Source: Candidatus Zymogenus saltonus
GTDB lineage: Bacteria; Desulfobacterota; Zymogenia; Zymogenales; Zymogenaceae
Assembly: GCA_016929395.1 (NCBI GenBank)
Contig: JAFGIX010000052.1
Span: forward strand, 7,151-71,150
DNA length: 64,000 bases
Direction: 5' to 3'
The notes under the pieces: generated by a model
Seen by the model: only the letters and a program-made list of their open reading frames with translations
The model's database searches: none
What the model was told of the DNA's origin: nothing
Shown here: in pieces, positions 40,726-51,690 of the stretch
Position numbering within the stretch: position 1 is the first letter of the stretch
Layout: every line of letters starts with the position of its first letter
Made by a program: the position numbers and the translations under genes

Positions 40726-42156
40726 TTATTGAGCTATCCCCGCAAGCTTTTTGACCAGCCGCTTCTTCTCCTCGATGTCGTACGTCCCCATGATGGCGAT
40801 GTTCTCCATCACCGGGGAGCCTCCGCCGTGCACCCCGGCGTACTGCAGAACGCCCCCCAGGGCGGAGACGCTCACGTCGGAGATGAACCTGAAGCATCTA
40901 TACTGGTCTTCCGCCGATACATCGTCCTTCCTCTTGATATACTTCTTCAGGAGGTGTCCCACCTCCGGGCTCAAAAACTCTTCGTCGTAGGGGAGGGTTG
41001 CGGGAAGCCCCCCGGCGAGGTCGCAGACGGTCTCGTATTCGTGATAGATGTTGAGCCCCGCGTGACGCCTCCCTACGTTGCAGTAGACCACGTTCGGTAT
41101 CTGCGTCCCAGAGGGGTGCTTCGTGCTCTCCACCGCCGCGGCTATCCCCGCCGAATACGTGAGCTCCGCAACGCTCACCAGCTCGGCCAATTTATCCCTG
41201 ACGTGAGTCGACCTCTCTATGCCGTTGTATTCGCTGACCAGGGCCGCCGCACCCATCATGATATCGGTCACGGCCGGCTTGCAGCCGGTGTAGCTGTGCC
41301 TGTGAAATAGGGCGAAGAGGAGTGCGAGCCTTCCGCCGTACTCGGTCTCCCCGCAGAGAAAGACCCTCTCGTTCGGCACGAAGACGTCATCGAAGACAGT
41401 CAATGAATCGGCCGCCCCCAGTCTCACGTACGGGGCGTCTATCTCCGGTCTCCTCGGCCTTACTGAGGTCACCCTCGTCAGGAGCCTTACCCCCGGGGTG
41501 TCCGCGGGGACTGCGAAGGCCACGGCCCAGTCGGTCTCTTCCGGGGTCAAAAACCGCGTTGGGATCGCGATTATCTCCTCCGCGTAGGGCGCCATCGTGT
41601 TGTGGGCCTTGGCCCCTCTCACCACGATCCCGTCCTTTTTCCGCTCCACAATCCTCAAATAAAGGTCGGGGTCGGTCTGTTGATGCGGCCTTTTCGTTCT
41701 GTCTCCCTTGACGTCGCTCTGGGCGCAGCAGCCTACCATGTTGCCCTTCTGAAATCTCTTCAGAAACTCCAGGAAACGTCCGTTGTACTCCGTTCCCCTG
41801 TCCTTGTCACAGTCGTAGGTGACGGCGGAAAGGGCGTTTATCGCGTCTACCCCCATGCAGCGCTGGATACAGCTTCCGCAGTCCCGGCAGAGGATTCTCG
41901 TCATCTTCTGCTTCGCCAGAAGGTCTTCCATGCCCCGGTGTACGTGGGTGAACCGGTTTATATTCGCCCCGTCTAGGTGGGATGTGGCGGTGACGAGCTC
42001 CTTTCTCTCCGAATCTTCCTGGGCATCGAAGGTCAGGGCTATTATGTTTTTGCCCGGCTGGATCCTCGGATCGTCGCGGCCGACGACCTCACCGCCGATA
42101 TAGATATTCGGTTTCAGCCCCTTTAGATCCTCGAAATATTCATCCTTGGTTCTCAT
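40726..42156 (-). CDS. 4-hydroxybutyryl-CoA dehydratase / vinylacetyl-CoA isomerase family
   Basis: Fe-S ligand motifs CIQRC and HRHSYTGCK, plus DVKGDR, VVRGAKAH and HGGGSP. Confidence 0.85.
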   Translation of the reverse strand: MRTKDEYFEDLKGLKPNIYIGGEVVGRDDPRIQPGKNIIALTFDAQEDSERKELVTATSHLDGANINRFTHVHRGMEDLLAKQKMTRILCRDCGSCIQRCMGVDAINALSAVTYDCDKDRGTEYNGRFLEFLKRFQKGNMVGCCAQSDVKGDRTKRPHQQTDPDLYLRIVERKKDGIVVRGAKAHNTMAPYAEEIIAIPTRFLTPEETDWAVAFAVPADTPGVRLLTRVTSVRPRRPEIDAPYVRLGAADSLTVFDDVFVPNERVFLCGETEYGGRLALLFALFHRHSYTGCKPAVTDIMMGAAALVSEYNGIERSTHVRDKLAELVSVAELTYSAGIAAAVESTKHPSGTQIPNVVYCNVGRRHAGLNIYHEYETVCDLAGGLPATLPYDEEFLSPEVGHLLKKYIKRKDDVSAEDQYRCFRFISDVSVSALGGVLQYAGVHGGGSPVMENIAIMGTYDIEEKKRLVKKLAGIAQ

Positions 42157-42250
42157 AAAAAATTCCTCCTTTGATACGATTTATCTTCTATCAACAGATT
42201 CGTACCTCTTGAAAATGTCATTTAAATGTTCAATGTGATAAAAGGTGAAT

Positions 42251-42668
42251 TTAGAGCGAGAGAAGGGAGATAGCATTTTGTCCCAGGATCATATCCACCT
42301 CCTCAGCCGTAAGCCTGTCCTCCTCGGGTCGGTCGTGACGAAGGGTATTATCCTGTCCCGGTACTTTTTGCGGCGCTGAAAACCATCTCGTTTCGCTCCT
42401 CGATGGACACCTCCCCCTCGCCGAACAGAAGGCCTGTGTCAAAGGGCAATAAGACGGTCTTGTCGATCCCCGCCTCCTTAATGGCGGCGACGTGCTTCCG
42501 GCCGTCCTTGTCGAAGCAGACGGGAAAGATGTCTTTCACCACCGTATCGACATCGGCGTCAACGTCCATCCTCTTGATGATTGGAAGCGCCATCTTCGCA
42601 AAGCCCCTCCAGTAGACCTCCGCGAAAAATCTCTCATCTACCAGACGCCCGTGGATGTCGATTGTCAT
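42251..42668 (-). pseudogene. amidohydrolase (Amidohydro_2-like) remnant
   Basis: N-terminus MTIDIHG..EAGIDKTVLL; 1-nt frameshift in an A run (other frame continues KYRDRIIPFVTTDPRR); jump to family C-terminus LTAEEVDMILGQNAISLL. Confidence 0.75.
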
Positions 42669-43059
42669 TGCCCACCTTAATTATTCAGCCATTACATGAA
42701 ACTTGACGCCAAAAGAAGTGAATATGTTGTCAAAAACAATGGTATTATTGGATAATTTCTTTGTCAAGCCAAAAAATAATTCACCATTTCCCCCTAATTT
42801 AGTTGATAATATAGATATAATGTTATATATTAATACAATTGTGATTAGAACTTAGTTAAAATTTCATTTGTGACATTCAACACAGACCGGCCGGCTCAAT
42901 TGGATTTATAAAAGGATTTAATAAATAGGGAGGGTAATGGGCAGTTTTAAGTTTTTAATATGTTTTCCATGACTTGATGCCATGCCTGGATTTATGATGG
43001 ATTCGAGAACACTTTTCGTTTCAATTGAAAAAAGTAGAAATTAGGGGGCAAAATAGAAT

Positions 43060-43971
43060 ATGAAAGCAATCAGCGCCGCAGGTCTTTTCAAGGACTACCC
43101 AAGGGTAAGGGCGTTATCGAATCTCGGTCTTCATGTTGAAGAGGGAGAGATATTCGGATTTCTCGGGCCCAACGGGGCCGGTAAGACCACGTTCGTAAAG
43201 ATAATTCTGGGACTTGTATTCCCCACCGCCGGGGACGTCTCTGTTTTCGGTCTCCCCGTCGGGGGAAAGAAGATGAGGAGGAAGATCGGGTACCTTCCCG
43301 AGAACATGAGGCTTCACGGCTTCCTGAAGGGACACGAGTTTCTCGACCTTGCGGGAAGGCTGTACGGATTATCTTCGTCCGAGCGGAAAGAGGGGATAGA
43401 TAAATACCTCGATGTCATGGGTCTTGCCGAGGCCGCCGATAGGCCGCTGAGGGAATATTCCAAGGGAATGCTTCAGCGGATAGGGATAGCCCAGGCCCTC
43501 ATTCACAACCCGGAACTCCTTCTTCTGGACGAGCCCACCTCCGGTCTCGATCCAATAGGGACGAAAGAGGTTAGGGACATAATCTTGGAAGAGAAGAAGA
43601 AGGGCAAGACAGTTTTTATAAATTCCCACCTCCTCTCCGAGATTGAGCGAACCTGCAACAGAGTGGCGATCCTGAACAAGGGGAAGCTTGTCAAAACCGG
43701 AACTTTGGGCGAGCTTTCCGAAAACGTCCCCACGATTCTGGTCGAAGTGGAGGAGGGATCGCAAAAACTCCTGAAGGGATTGGAAAAGGTCTCCAAGAGT
43801 GTAAGGGTCGATGGCAATAAATACCACCTGACTCCCAAGGACAAAAACACCAAGGCCGCAATCCCCGAGATAATCGTCAAAGCGGAGGCCAGGCTGGTTA
43901 CCATCTCCGAGGAGAGGGAATCGCTTGAGGATATTTTCTATCGTGTAGTAAAACAGGAGGGGGGAAATTGA
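43060..43971 (+). CDS. ABC transporter ATP-binding protein
   Basis: GPNGAGKTT, YSKGMLQR, LLLDEPTSGLDP and SHLL. Confidence 0.93.
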   Translation: MKAISAAGLFKDYPRVRALSNLGLHVEEGEIFGFLGPNGAGKTTFVKIILGLVFPTAGDVSVFGLPVGGKKMRRKIGYLPENMRLHGFLKGHEFLDLAGRLYGLSSSERKEGIDKYLDVMGLAEAADRPLREYSKGMLQRIGIAQALIHNPELLLLDEPTSGLDPIGTKEVRDIILEEKKKGKTVFINSHLLSEIERTCNRVAILNKGKLVKTGTLGELSENVPTILVEVEEGSQKLLKGLEKVSKSVRVDGNKYHLTPKDKNTKAAIPEIIVKAEARLVTISEERESLEDIFYRVVKQEGGN

Positions 43972-44780
43972 AACAGATACTCGCTATTGCAGGCAACACT
44001 ATCAAGGAAGGATTGAGAAACAAGCTGTTCTATATCCTCCTCGGCATCGCTCTCCTCTTTCTGCTGTTGGCCCGTGGGTGTATGTCCGGTGATATGCAGA
44101 TCCAATCTAGGCAGCTCACCCCTAATGAGGTTGCGGCCTTTGGAACCGTAATGGGCTTTCACGTTATAATTTTTTGGGGACTCACCCTGGCGGGGCTTCT
44201 CTCCATGGGGGCGCTTTTGGGGGATATCGAGACGGGCGTAATTACGGTCTTCATCTCTAAGCCGATCTCCCGCTTCCAGTATCTCATGGGAAAATTTATA
44301 GGCGTATCGGCCGTTGTTCTCCTCAACATGGCTATACTGGGAACGGGATTTTTCCTCCTGGCCTACCTGAAGGCGGGGACCTGGCCGTTCGAGCTGTTTA
44401 TCGCCCTCGGGATATTTACCCTGAATATCTTTATGCTGATCTCCTTCATATTCCTCGTCTCTCTTGCCACGGCAAGGATTATCGCCATGGTATTCGGGAT
44501 TGTTGGCTACGTCTTCAGCATAGGGATTGACATCCCGTTTTATTTCGATGCCATCAGAAAAGGTATGGAGGAATCCGGTTCGAATGTCACGCTGATTATC
44601 GTTAAAGTACTTTACTTCGCCTTTCCCCAGTGGGGCTCGACGCAGTTTTACGCCGCGTCCTTCGTTGGCGATTTATTCGGAAATTCCGTAATGTCATTCT
44701 GGCCGGTGATTCACACCCTTGTATACACAATGTTGTTCTGGCTCCTTATGGTCCTCTTTTTCGGGAGAAAGGAATTTTAG
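43968..44780 (+). CDS. ABC-2 type permease
   Basis: About six TMs and a KPISRFQYLMGKF motif; overlaps the ATPase stop. Confidence 0.88.
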   Translation: MKQILAIAGNTIKEGLRNKLFYILLGIALLFLLLARGCMSGDMQIQSRQLTPNEVAAFGTVMGFHVIIFWGLTLAGLLSMGALLGDIETGVITVFISKPISRFQYLMGKFIGVSAVVLLNMAILGTGFFLLAYLKAGTWPFELFIALGIFTLNIFMLISFIFLVSLATARIIAMVFGIVGYVFSIGIDIPFYFDAIRKGMEESGSNVTLIIVKVLYFAFPQWGSTQFYAASFVGDLFGNSVMSFWPVIHTLVYTMLFWLLMVLFFGRKEF

Positions 44781-45021
44781 TTCGAGATTTTTCTATCGAG
44801 GGATAAAGACTCGAACGGTGAGCGGAATCAATACCATCCATTCCTTTGATAGGAGATGAAGGGTCTGGCCTATTTTTGCCGTCTTGGGAGCTTCCGGCCC
44901 GAGCGGTTTTAAGGGGAAGTTCCTTGACCATGAAAAAACTTATTGGCAAGAATAACTAAACGGGATTTGATATATAATCTTATGTTACTTTATTTCAGAT
45001 AATCGATCTTCCAAGCAGGCC

Positions 45022-46518
45022 ATGTCATCGCAAGAAGCAACTTTTAGGGGAAATCTTAAAGATATTCCCTTCCCGAAGCTCCTCTCGGAGATTTACGGGA
45101 TGGGCATCAGCGGGAACCTTACCTTGAGCAGGGGTAAGGTAAAGAAGGACATTTCCGTCAGCCGTGGAATGCCGTTAAAAATAAACTCCAACCTGCTCCA
45201 GGAAGTCCTTGGACGGTATCTCGTCAAGATCGGGAAGATCACCGAAGAGCAGTATCAAAGGACATTGAATGCCGCCTTTGAAACCAAGACGATGCACGGC
45301 GCCGTTATGGTGAATTATTCTCTCTTGACGGATGAAGAGCTTAAGAAATATTTGAGAACCCAATCGTTATATAAGCTCTTAAACCTCTTCAAATGGAATG
45401 ACGGAGAGTATTCCTTTATCAAGAGGGACCTGGCCCCGAAGGGGGGCGATCTTGACGGAATATCAATGCCCACAATTATCATCAGGGGAATAAAGTGGGG
45501 CTATTCCCTCGACAGGATTATAAAGGCTATGGGGCCCTACAATAACTATTACCTGTATCCCGGCGAAAGCAAGCTCTTTTCGAAAAACATGATGGGTTTG
45601 AATCCCCAAGAGGAGTGGCTGTTAAACCAGATCGACGGAACCCGAACCGTGAGAGAGACCATCCAGATGTCGCCTTTGGAGTTCATCGAATCAAACAAGC
45701 TCCTCTACGCGTCGATAATAATGCACATACTCGACGTAAAACAGTCTCCGACACCCTCTCCTTTGAGCTTTGATAAGGCCGAAAAACAGGATGAACTATC
45801 CACAAAGATCCTCAAGAAGTATCAGAAGATGGCGAGTCAAAATTATTTCGAGGTCCTCGGGGTCGATCAGGACACTCCCCTCCCCGATATTAAGAAGGCC
45901 TATCTTCATCTCGCAAAGAAGTATCATCCCGACTCCTTCCCGCAGGATGTGCTGCCCATGGTGGAAAAAACGGTAAACAGGATCTTCGACACCGTCAACA
46001 AGGCGTACAGGGTTCTCTCAAACGAAAAGGAGAGGGATCTGTACATACGCTCCATGTCAGCCCCCGAGGAGAACATGACCGAATCGAAGCTTCAGGACGT
46101 CACAAACGCCGAGCTTCAGTTTCAAAAGGGAAAGATATATTTGAAGAAGAAGGACTACAGGAACGCAATGGAGGCCTTCAAGTGGTCGGTTAAGCTCGTT
46201 CCGGACGAGGGGGAATATCTGGCGTACCTCGGCTGGGTCCTTTTCCTGTCGGCGGAAAACAAGAAGGGGGACGACGCGGTCAGGGCCATAACGTACTTGA
46301 AAAAGGCCGCGGCATTGAATCCCTCCATCGAAAGCCCTTCCATCTTCCTTGGGATTATCTACAAGGTTCAGAATCTGAAAGACGTGGCTATACTCCAGTT
46401 TAAAAAGGCCCTGGAGATCAATCCCGACTCCATCGAGGCGCGGCGGGAGCTAAAGGCCATCGGTATCATAAAATCAAGAGAAGAACATAGAGGATTATTT
46501 GGTAAAAGGAAAAAATAA
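45022..46518 (+). CDS. DUF4388-like + DnaJ + TPR domain protein
   Basis: N-terminal GNLKDIPFPKLL...LFKWNDGEYSF, J-domain NYFEVLGV..KKYHPD and C-terminal TPRs. Confidence 0.82.
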   Translation: MSSQEATFRGNLKDIPFPKLLSEIYGMGISGNLTLSRGKVKKDISVSRGMPLKINSNLLQEVLGRYLVKIGKITEEQYQRTLNAAFETKTMHGAVMVNYSLLTDEELKKYLRTQSLYKLLNLFKWNDGEYSFIKRDLAPKGGDLDGISMPTIIIRGIKWGYSLDRIIKAMGPYNNYYLYPGESKLFSKNMMGLNPQEEWLLNQIDGTRTVRETIQMSPLEFIESNKLLYASIIMHILDVKQSPTPSPLSFDKAEKQDELSTKILKKYQKMASQNYFEVLGVDQDTPLPDIKKAYLHLAKKYHPDSFPQDVLPMVEKTVNRIFDTVNKAYRVLSNEKERDLYIRSMSAPEENMTESKLQDVTNAELQFQKGKIYLKKKDYRNAMEAFKWSVKLVPDEGEYLAYLGWVLFLSAENKKGDDAVRAITYLKKAAALNPSIESPSIFLGIIYKVQNLKDVAILQFKKALEINPDSIEARRELKAIGIIKSREEHRGLFGKRKK

Positions 46519-46530
46519 TGGAGTTTTTAT

Positions 46531-47448
46531 ATGGTTGACAAAGTTTCCAAAATATGGATGGACGGTAAGCTTATCCCGTGGGAGGAGGCCAACGTCCATA
46601 TTCTTACCCACACACTGCATTACGGCCTTGGTGTTTTTGAGGGCATCCGCTGTTACAAGTGCAGCGACGGGAGATCGGCCATCTTCAGGTTGAGGGAGCA
46701 CGTCGATCGGCTTTTCGGATCGGCCAAGATCTCCTTCATCGACATCCCGTACTCTGAGGATGATATCGCCGAAGCCGTTATTGAGACGCTCAAGGTAAAC
46801 AATATGGAAGAAGGCTACATAAGGCCCATCGTCTTTATCGGCGACGGAGCCATGGGCGTTCACCCGCAGAAAAATCCCATAAGGACGGCCATAGTAGTCT
46901 GGAAGTGGGGCGCTTACCTGGGTGACGACGGTCTCTCGAAGGGGATCAGGGTAAAAACCTCCTCCTTTACCAGACACCACGTAAATACAAGCATGACGAA
47001 ATCCAAGACCTGCGGTTACTACGTCAACTCCATACTTGCAAAGCTCGAAGTCACAAAGGCCGGCTACGACGAGGCATTAATGCTCGACACGGAGGGATAT
47101 GTCTCCGAGGGGAGCGGCGAAAATATTTTTATCGCGAAAGGGAACAAGATCAAGACCCCGCCCCTGACATCCATCTTGAACGGAATAACGAGGGACGCCA
47201 TCATTACCCTGGCCGAAGAATTGGGCTATAAAATGAAGGAAGAGAGGTTTACCAGAGACGAGCTGTATACGGCGGATGAGGCCTTTTTTACGGGAACGGC
47301 GGCGGAGGTCACTCCCATAAGGGAGATCGACGACAGGGCTATCGGAAATGGGACCGCCGGCCCGATAACCAAAAAGCTCCAAAAAGTCTTTTTCGATTCG
47401 GCCATGGGTAAAGACAAGAAGCACGAAAGCTGGCTCACTTACCTTTAA
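46531..47448 (+). CDS. ilvE: branched-chain amino acid aminotransferase
   Basis: [27 protein letters not shown] and GTAAEVTPI. Confidence 0.95.
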   Translation: MVDKVSKIWMDGKLIPWEEANVHILTHTLHYGLGVFEGIRCYKCSDGRSAIFRLREHVDRLFGSAKISFIDIPYSEDDIAEAVIETLKVNNMEEGYIRPIVFIGDGAMGVHPQKNPIRTAIVVWKWGAYLGDDGLSKGIRVKTSSFTRHHVNTSMTKSKTCGYYVNSILAKLEVTKAGYDEALMLDTEGYVSEGSGENIFIAKGNKIKTPPLTSILNGITRDAIITLAEELGYKMKEERFTRDELYTADEAFFTGTAAEVTPIREIDDRAIGNGTAGPITKKLQKVFFDSAMGKDKKHESWLTYL

Positions 47449-47621
47449 TACTTTTGAGTACGAGCCGAGGGGGGGAGCGTGACATTTCACATTAAAGTAC
47501 TTACAGGTACTTTTATTCACCTCTTGGGACCTTCGGACCCGAAAGTTGTGTTTAATAGAAGATATTTTGACTTATCTCAAAGGGGTGGACTGACGCCCCA
47601 TTTTTTTTGACGGAAGACAGG

Positions 47622-48521
47622 ATGACATTGGAGGAGATCCGCTTCGGACCCGTAGTGCTGATCCCGGGAGATAATCTTGGAAGATACCCCTACTGCCACT
47701 CCCTCTACATAGAAGGGGAAACGAGGGTGATAATCGATCCGGCGTCAAACCGGGGGCGTCTTGCCGAACTAAAAAAAGGCCCCGGCGTCGATCAGGTCTG
47801 GCTCTCCCACTACCACGAGGACCACTTTACCCACCTGGATCTCTTCTCCGACACCGAGCTCTGGATGTCGGACCTGGACGCCCCCGCCGTGGAGGACACG
47901 GAAACACTCCTCTATTTCTACGAGCTTGACAAAAGCGACAAGCACGATCTCTGGGTAAATTATTTGGTCGACTTTTTCAATTACGCGCCCCGAAAGGTGG
48001 AAGGCCGATTTGAGGGCAACGACGACGTCGAGGTCGACCTCGGAGGCATAACGGTCAGGGTCATACCTACCCCGGGCCACACCGCCGGCAATCTATCTTT
48101 TTTCTTTGAAGATCTGGGCCTGCTCTTCATCGGGGATTACGACCTTCAGAGGTTCGGCCCCTGGTACGGCGACAGGTACTCGAGCATAGATGAGACGATA
48201 GAGTCCATAAACAAGCTCAGGGAGATCCCAGCGAAGGTCTGGATTCCATCCCACGGTAAAGACATTTACGACTCCGATCCGGGGGAGCTCTGGGACAGGT
48301 ACCTCTCCGTCATTGATACGAGGGAGTTTAAGCTTCTCGATCTTTTGTCCGAGCCGCACACGATGCAGGAGATAGTGGATACAAGGATCGTCTATAAGAA
48401 GTCTTTGGAGCCGAAGCTCTTCTTCGATTTCGGAGAGTGGGCATTGATGAAGAAGCACCTGGAGAAGCTCGTAAATATGGGGTCTGTAAAGGAGGAAAAT
48501 GGCCGATTTGTGAGAATATAG
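47622..48521 (+). CDS. metallo-beta-lactamase fold hydrolase
   Basis: SHYHEDH, TPGHT, GD and PSHG. Confidence 0.88.
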   Translation: MTLEEIRFGPVVLIPGDNLGRYPYCHSLYIEGETRVIIDPASNRGRLAELKKGPGVDQVWLSHYHEDHFTHLDLFSDTELWMSDLDAPAVEDTETLLYFYELDKSDKHDLWVNYLVDFFNYAPRKVEGRFEGNDDVEVDLGGITVRVIPTPGHTAGNLSFFFEDLGLLFIGDYDLQRFGPWYGDRYSSIDETIESINKLREIPAKVWIPSHGKDIYDSDPGELWDRYLSVIDTREFKLLDLLSEPHTMQEIVDTRIVYKKSLEPKLFFDFGEWALMKKHLEKLVNMGSVKEENGRFVRI

Positions 48522-48905
48522 TAACGACCCAGTGTCCTTCCTTCTCTTGAAGAGACGTGATATTTTAAATTTAGATTGCAGTAAGATTCCCTCCCTTTGC
48601 GGCTTTATTCTCCCGCCTCTTTCCCGTTGCGATTTCAGTTCAACCGTTGACCCCATCGCAAAACGTTGTCACTTATAAACAACCGGCTAGCCCCTGTCGT
48701 CTTCGAGCGACCTCGATCAGAACAGGCTTATCCCGCCCCCCGTTCAACTTTTCTCCCGTTCAACCCTGCTGAAAATCTCTCCCCAACAGCTCATCAACCC
48801 GCTATTTTGACATATCAAATAAGCCTTCCCTTCCCGCAAAGCTCAATTAGATGATAACAGAAACCCGTAATCCCCCCTCCATTTTCTTCTGAATGGGCTT
48901 TCAAG

Positions 48906-48938
48906 AAAAAAATAACCCCCTCATTTTTCGAGGGGGCT
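48906..48938 (-). terminator. intrinsic terminator after alaS
   Basis: Minus strand GCCCCCTC-loop-GAGGGGGT followed by TATTTTTTT. Confidence 0.75.
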
Positions 48939-48983
48939 CACGATGTCACCGTAAAATATTTGTCTGTGAGATGCAGCTCATAA

Positions 48984-51626
48984 TCAGACACAGTCGAAGA
49001 CCTTTTGTATCGCTTCTTCAACCCTGTCGCCGTTCGGGCCTCCGGCCTGGGCCATGTCGGGGCGCCCGCCGCCCTTTCCGCCGACCACCTCCGCCATCTT
49101 CTTTATGATCTCCCCCGCCTTGTATTTGTCGGTGATGTCTTTCGTTACCGAGACGAGGAGGATGGCCTTCCCGCCGGAGTTTGACCCAAGGACCACAATC
49201 CCCTTCTTGAGGCGGTCCTTTACCTTGTCGGAGAACTCCCTTAGGGACTTCGGGTCCATGTCGTCGATCACCCTGGCCACCACCTTTATCCCGTCCCTCT
49301 CTACCGCACTTTCTATCAGGTCTGAGACGGATAGGGTGGACGCCCCGCTCTTGAGCCTCTCCACCTCCTTGGTCAGCGTCTTTACCTGACTCAGGAGCTT
49401 CTCTACCCTCGTCGGGGAGTCCTTAGGGGTCGTCTTCAATAACTCGGTAATCTCCCTGATTATCGCCTCCTCTTCCCTTATATGCCTTACGGCGTTCTCT
49501 CCCGTCACGGCCTCGATTCGCCTGATGCCGGAGGCTATGGAGCCCTCGTGCACTATCTTGAATGTGCCGATCTCCCCGGTGGTGTCGGCGTGGGTGCCGC
49601 CGCAGAGCTCCATGGAGACTCCGGGGATATTGATCGTCCTCACCTCGTCGCCGTACTTCTCCCCGAAGAGGGCAATCGCTCCCGCCTCTATCGCCTTGTC
49701 GTATGGAAGGCTCTTTACGATGACTTCGTGGTTGTTTCTTATCTCCTCGTTTACAATATCCTCGACCCTGTCGAGCTCGTTCTTCGAGACCTGGCCGTAG
49801 TGGGTGTAGTCGAAGCGGAGCCTCTCCGGGGATACGAGGGAACCGGACTGTTTCACGTGGTCGCCCAGGACCTTTCTCAGCGCCGCCTGAAGTAGGTGCG
49901 TCGCGCTGTGGTTGGCCTCCGTTTTTTCCCTTAGGTTCGAGTTTACCTTGAGCGCTGCCTCGTCGCCGACCTTGACCTCCCCTTTCTTGACTATCCCCAT
50001 GTGCACGATGAGGCTTCCGGCCGGATTTTCCGTCCTCACGACCTCGAATAGGGAGGATTTCGTCTCGATTGTGCCGGTGTCGCCGACCTGGCCCCCCATC
50101 TCGGCGTAGAACGGGGTTCTCTCCGTCACTATCCCCACATCATTGCCGTCCTCTCCAGATTTTACCGAGATCACCTTCTTGCCGTCTTTTATAATCGAGA
50201 TCACCTTCGATTTCAGGGAGACCTCGTCGTAACCTTTGAAGGAAGTCCCAAGCCCTTCAGATACGAGCTTCATGTAAACTTCGGCGACCTTCTCGTCCCC
50301 CGACCCCTTCCAGGCGGCCTTGGACTTGTCGCGCTGTTTCGCCATCGCCTCCTCGAAGCCGCCGATGTCTATCTCTATACTCTCCCCCTTGATGATGTCC
50401 TCGGTGAGGTCGAGGGGGAATCCGTAAGTGTCGTAGAGCCTGAAGGCGACATCCCCGGACAGCACTTTTTTCTTTCCCCCCTTTGCCTTTATCTCGTCAA
50501 CCTCTTCGTTTAATATCTTTAGACCCTTGTCCAGGGTCTCGATGAACTTCTCCTCCTCGGCCCTGACCACCGAGGCTATAAAAATCCTGTTCTCCCTTAA
50601 CTCCGGGTAGGCCTCCGCCATGATGTCCACGACAACGTCCGCCACCCTGTACATGAAGGGATCGGAGATGCCCAGGAGCTTTCCGTGTCTCGCGGCGCGG
50701 CGCATGATCCTCCTTAGGACGTATCCCCTCCCCTCGTTTGCCGGGATTATTCCGTCCGCAACCAAAAAGGCCTGGGCGCGGCAGTGGTCGGATATTGCCC
50801 TGATCGAGATGTCCTTTTCGGCGTCTTCTCCGTATTCGGCCCCGGCTATCTCCTCCACGGCAGAGATAATCGGCGTGAAGAGGTCGGAGTCGTAGTTGCT
50901 CTTCACTCCCTGAACAACGGCCGCTATCCTCTCAAGACCCATCCCCGTGTCTATGCTCGGGGCGGGAAGCGGCGTCATCTTTCCCGACTCGTCCCTGTTG
51001 AACTGCATGAAGACAAGGTTCCATAGCTCCAGGTATCTGTCGCAGTCGCACATTCCGATTCCGCACTTGTCCCCGCAGGCCATGTCCTCGCCCTGGTCTA
51101 TGTGGATCTCCGAGCAGGGGCCGCAGGGGCCTGTCTCCCCCATTGCCCAGAAGTTGTCTTTCTCCCCCATCCTGACTATTCTGTCCGCCGTAACCCCTAT
51201 TTTATTCTTCCATATCTCGAAGGCCTCGTCGTCGTCCTTATAAATCGTGATCCAGAGCTTTTCCTTTTCGAGGCCCATGTCCACCGTCAGGAAATCCCAG
51301 CCGAAGAAGATGGCGTCGTCCTTGAAGTAATCGCCGAAGGAGAAGTTCCCCAGCATCTCAAAGAAGGTGTGGTGTCTCGCCGTCACACCAACGTTTTCGA
51401 GGTCGTTGTGTTTGCCGCTTACCCTCAGGCACTTCTGGGAGGACGCGGCCCTGACGAAGTCCAGCTTCTCGTCGCCTGTAAAGACGTTTTTGAACTGGAC
51501 CATCCCGGCGTTTGTAAACAGCAGGGTGGGGTCGGCCTCCGGGACGAGGGACGACGACCGCACCCTCCTGTGCCCGTTATCCTCAAAGTATTTCAGAAAC
51601 TTCTCTCGAATCTCGCTTCCCTTCAT
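48984..51626 (-). CDS. alaS: alanine--tRNA ligase
   Basis: LLFTNAGM, HHTFFEMLGNFSFGDY, DTGMGLER, NHSATH, ELCGGTH and GGGRPDMAQAG; alternative GTG start at 51647. Confidence 0.98.
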   Translation of the reverse strand: MKGSEIREKFLKYFEDNGHRRVRSSSLVPEADPTLLFTNAGMVQFKNVFTGDEKLDFVRAASSQKCLRVSGKHNDLENVGVTARHHTFFEMLGNFSFGDYFKDDAIFFGWDFLTVDMGLEKEKLWITIYKDDDEAFEIWKNKIGVTADRIVRMGEKDNFWAMGETGPCGPCSEIHIDQGEDMACGDKCGIGMCDCDRYLELWNLVFMQFNRDESGKMTPLPAPSIDTGMGLERIAAVVQGVKSNYDSDLFTPIISAVEEIAGAEYGEDAEKDISIRAISDHCRAQAFLVADGIIPANEGRGYVLRRIMRRAARHGKLLGISDPFMYRVADVVVDIMAEAYPELRENRIFIASVVRAEEEKFIETLDKGLKILNEEVDEIKAKGGKKKVLSGDVAFRLYDTYGFPLDLTEDIIKGESIEIDIGGFEEAMAKQRDKSKAAWKGSGDEKVAEVYMKLVSEGLGTSFKGYDEVSLKSKVISIIKDGKKVISVKSGEDGNDVGIVTERTPFYAEMGGQVGDTGTIETKSSLFEVVRTENPAGSLIVHMGIVKKGEVKVGDEAALKVNSNLREKTEANHSATHLLQAALRKVLGDHVKQSGSLVSPERLRFDYTHYGQVSKNELDRVEDIVNEEIRNNHEVIVKSLPYDKAIEAGAIALFGEKYGDEVRTINIPGVSMELCGGTHADTTGEIGTFKIVHEGSIASGIRRIEAVTGENAVRHIREEEAIIREITELLKTTPKDSPTRVEKLLSQVKTLTKEVERLKSGASTLSVSDLIESAVERDGIKVVARVIDDMDPKSLREFSDKVKDRLKKGIVVLGSNSGGKAILLVSVTKDITDKYKAGEIIKKMAEVVGGKGGGRPDMAQAGGPNGDRVEEAIQKVFDCV

Positions 51627-51662
51627 GATCTTAAAACCAAACCTCACTGAAAACTGAAACTT

Positions 51663-51690
51663 AAAAATAAAACCGGGGAGAACTCCCCAG
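51663..51690 (-). terminator. terminator-like hairpin just upstream of alaS
   Basis: Minus strand CTGGGGA-GTTC-TCCCCGG followed by TTTTATTTTT. Confidence 0.55.

Noticed and set aside
40726..42156. 4-hydroxyphenylacetate 3-monooxygenase (HpaB)
   Set aside because: Retains the Cys/His Fe-S ligands of 4-hydroxybutyryl-CoA dehydratases, and the gene context is anaerobic
44964..44991. dif-like site (..ATAT-ATAATC-TTATGTTAC..)
   Set aside because: Only a partial XerD arm and a poor XerC arm; parS sites suggest an origin-proximal location
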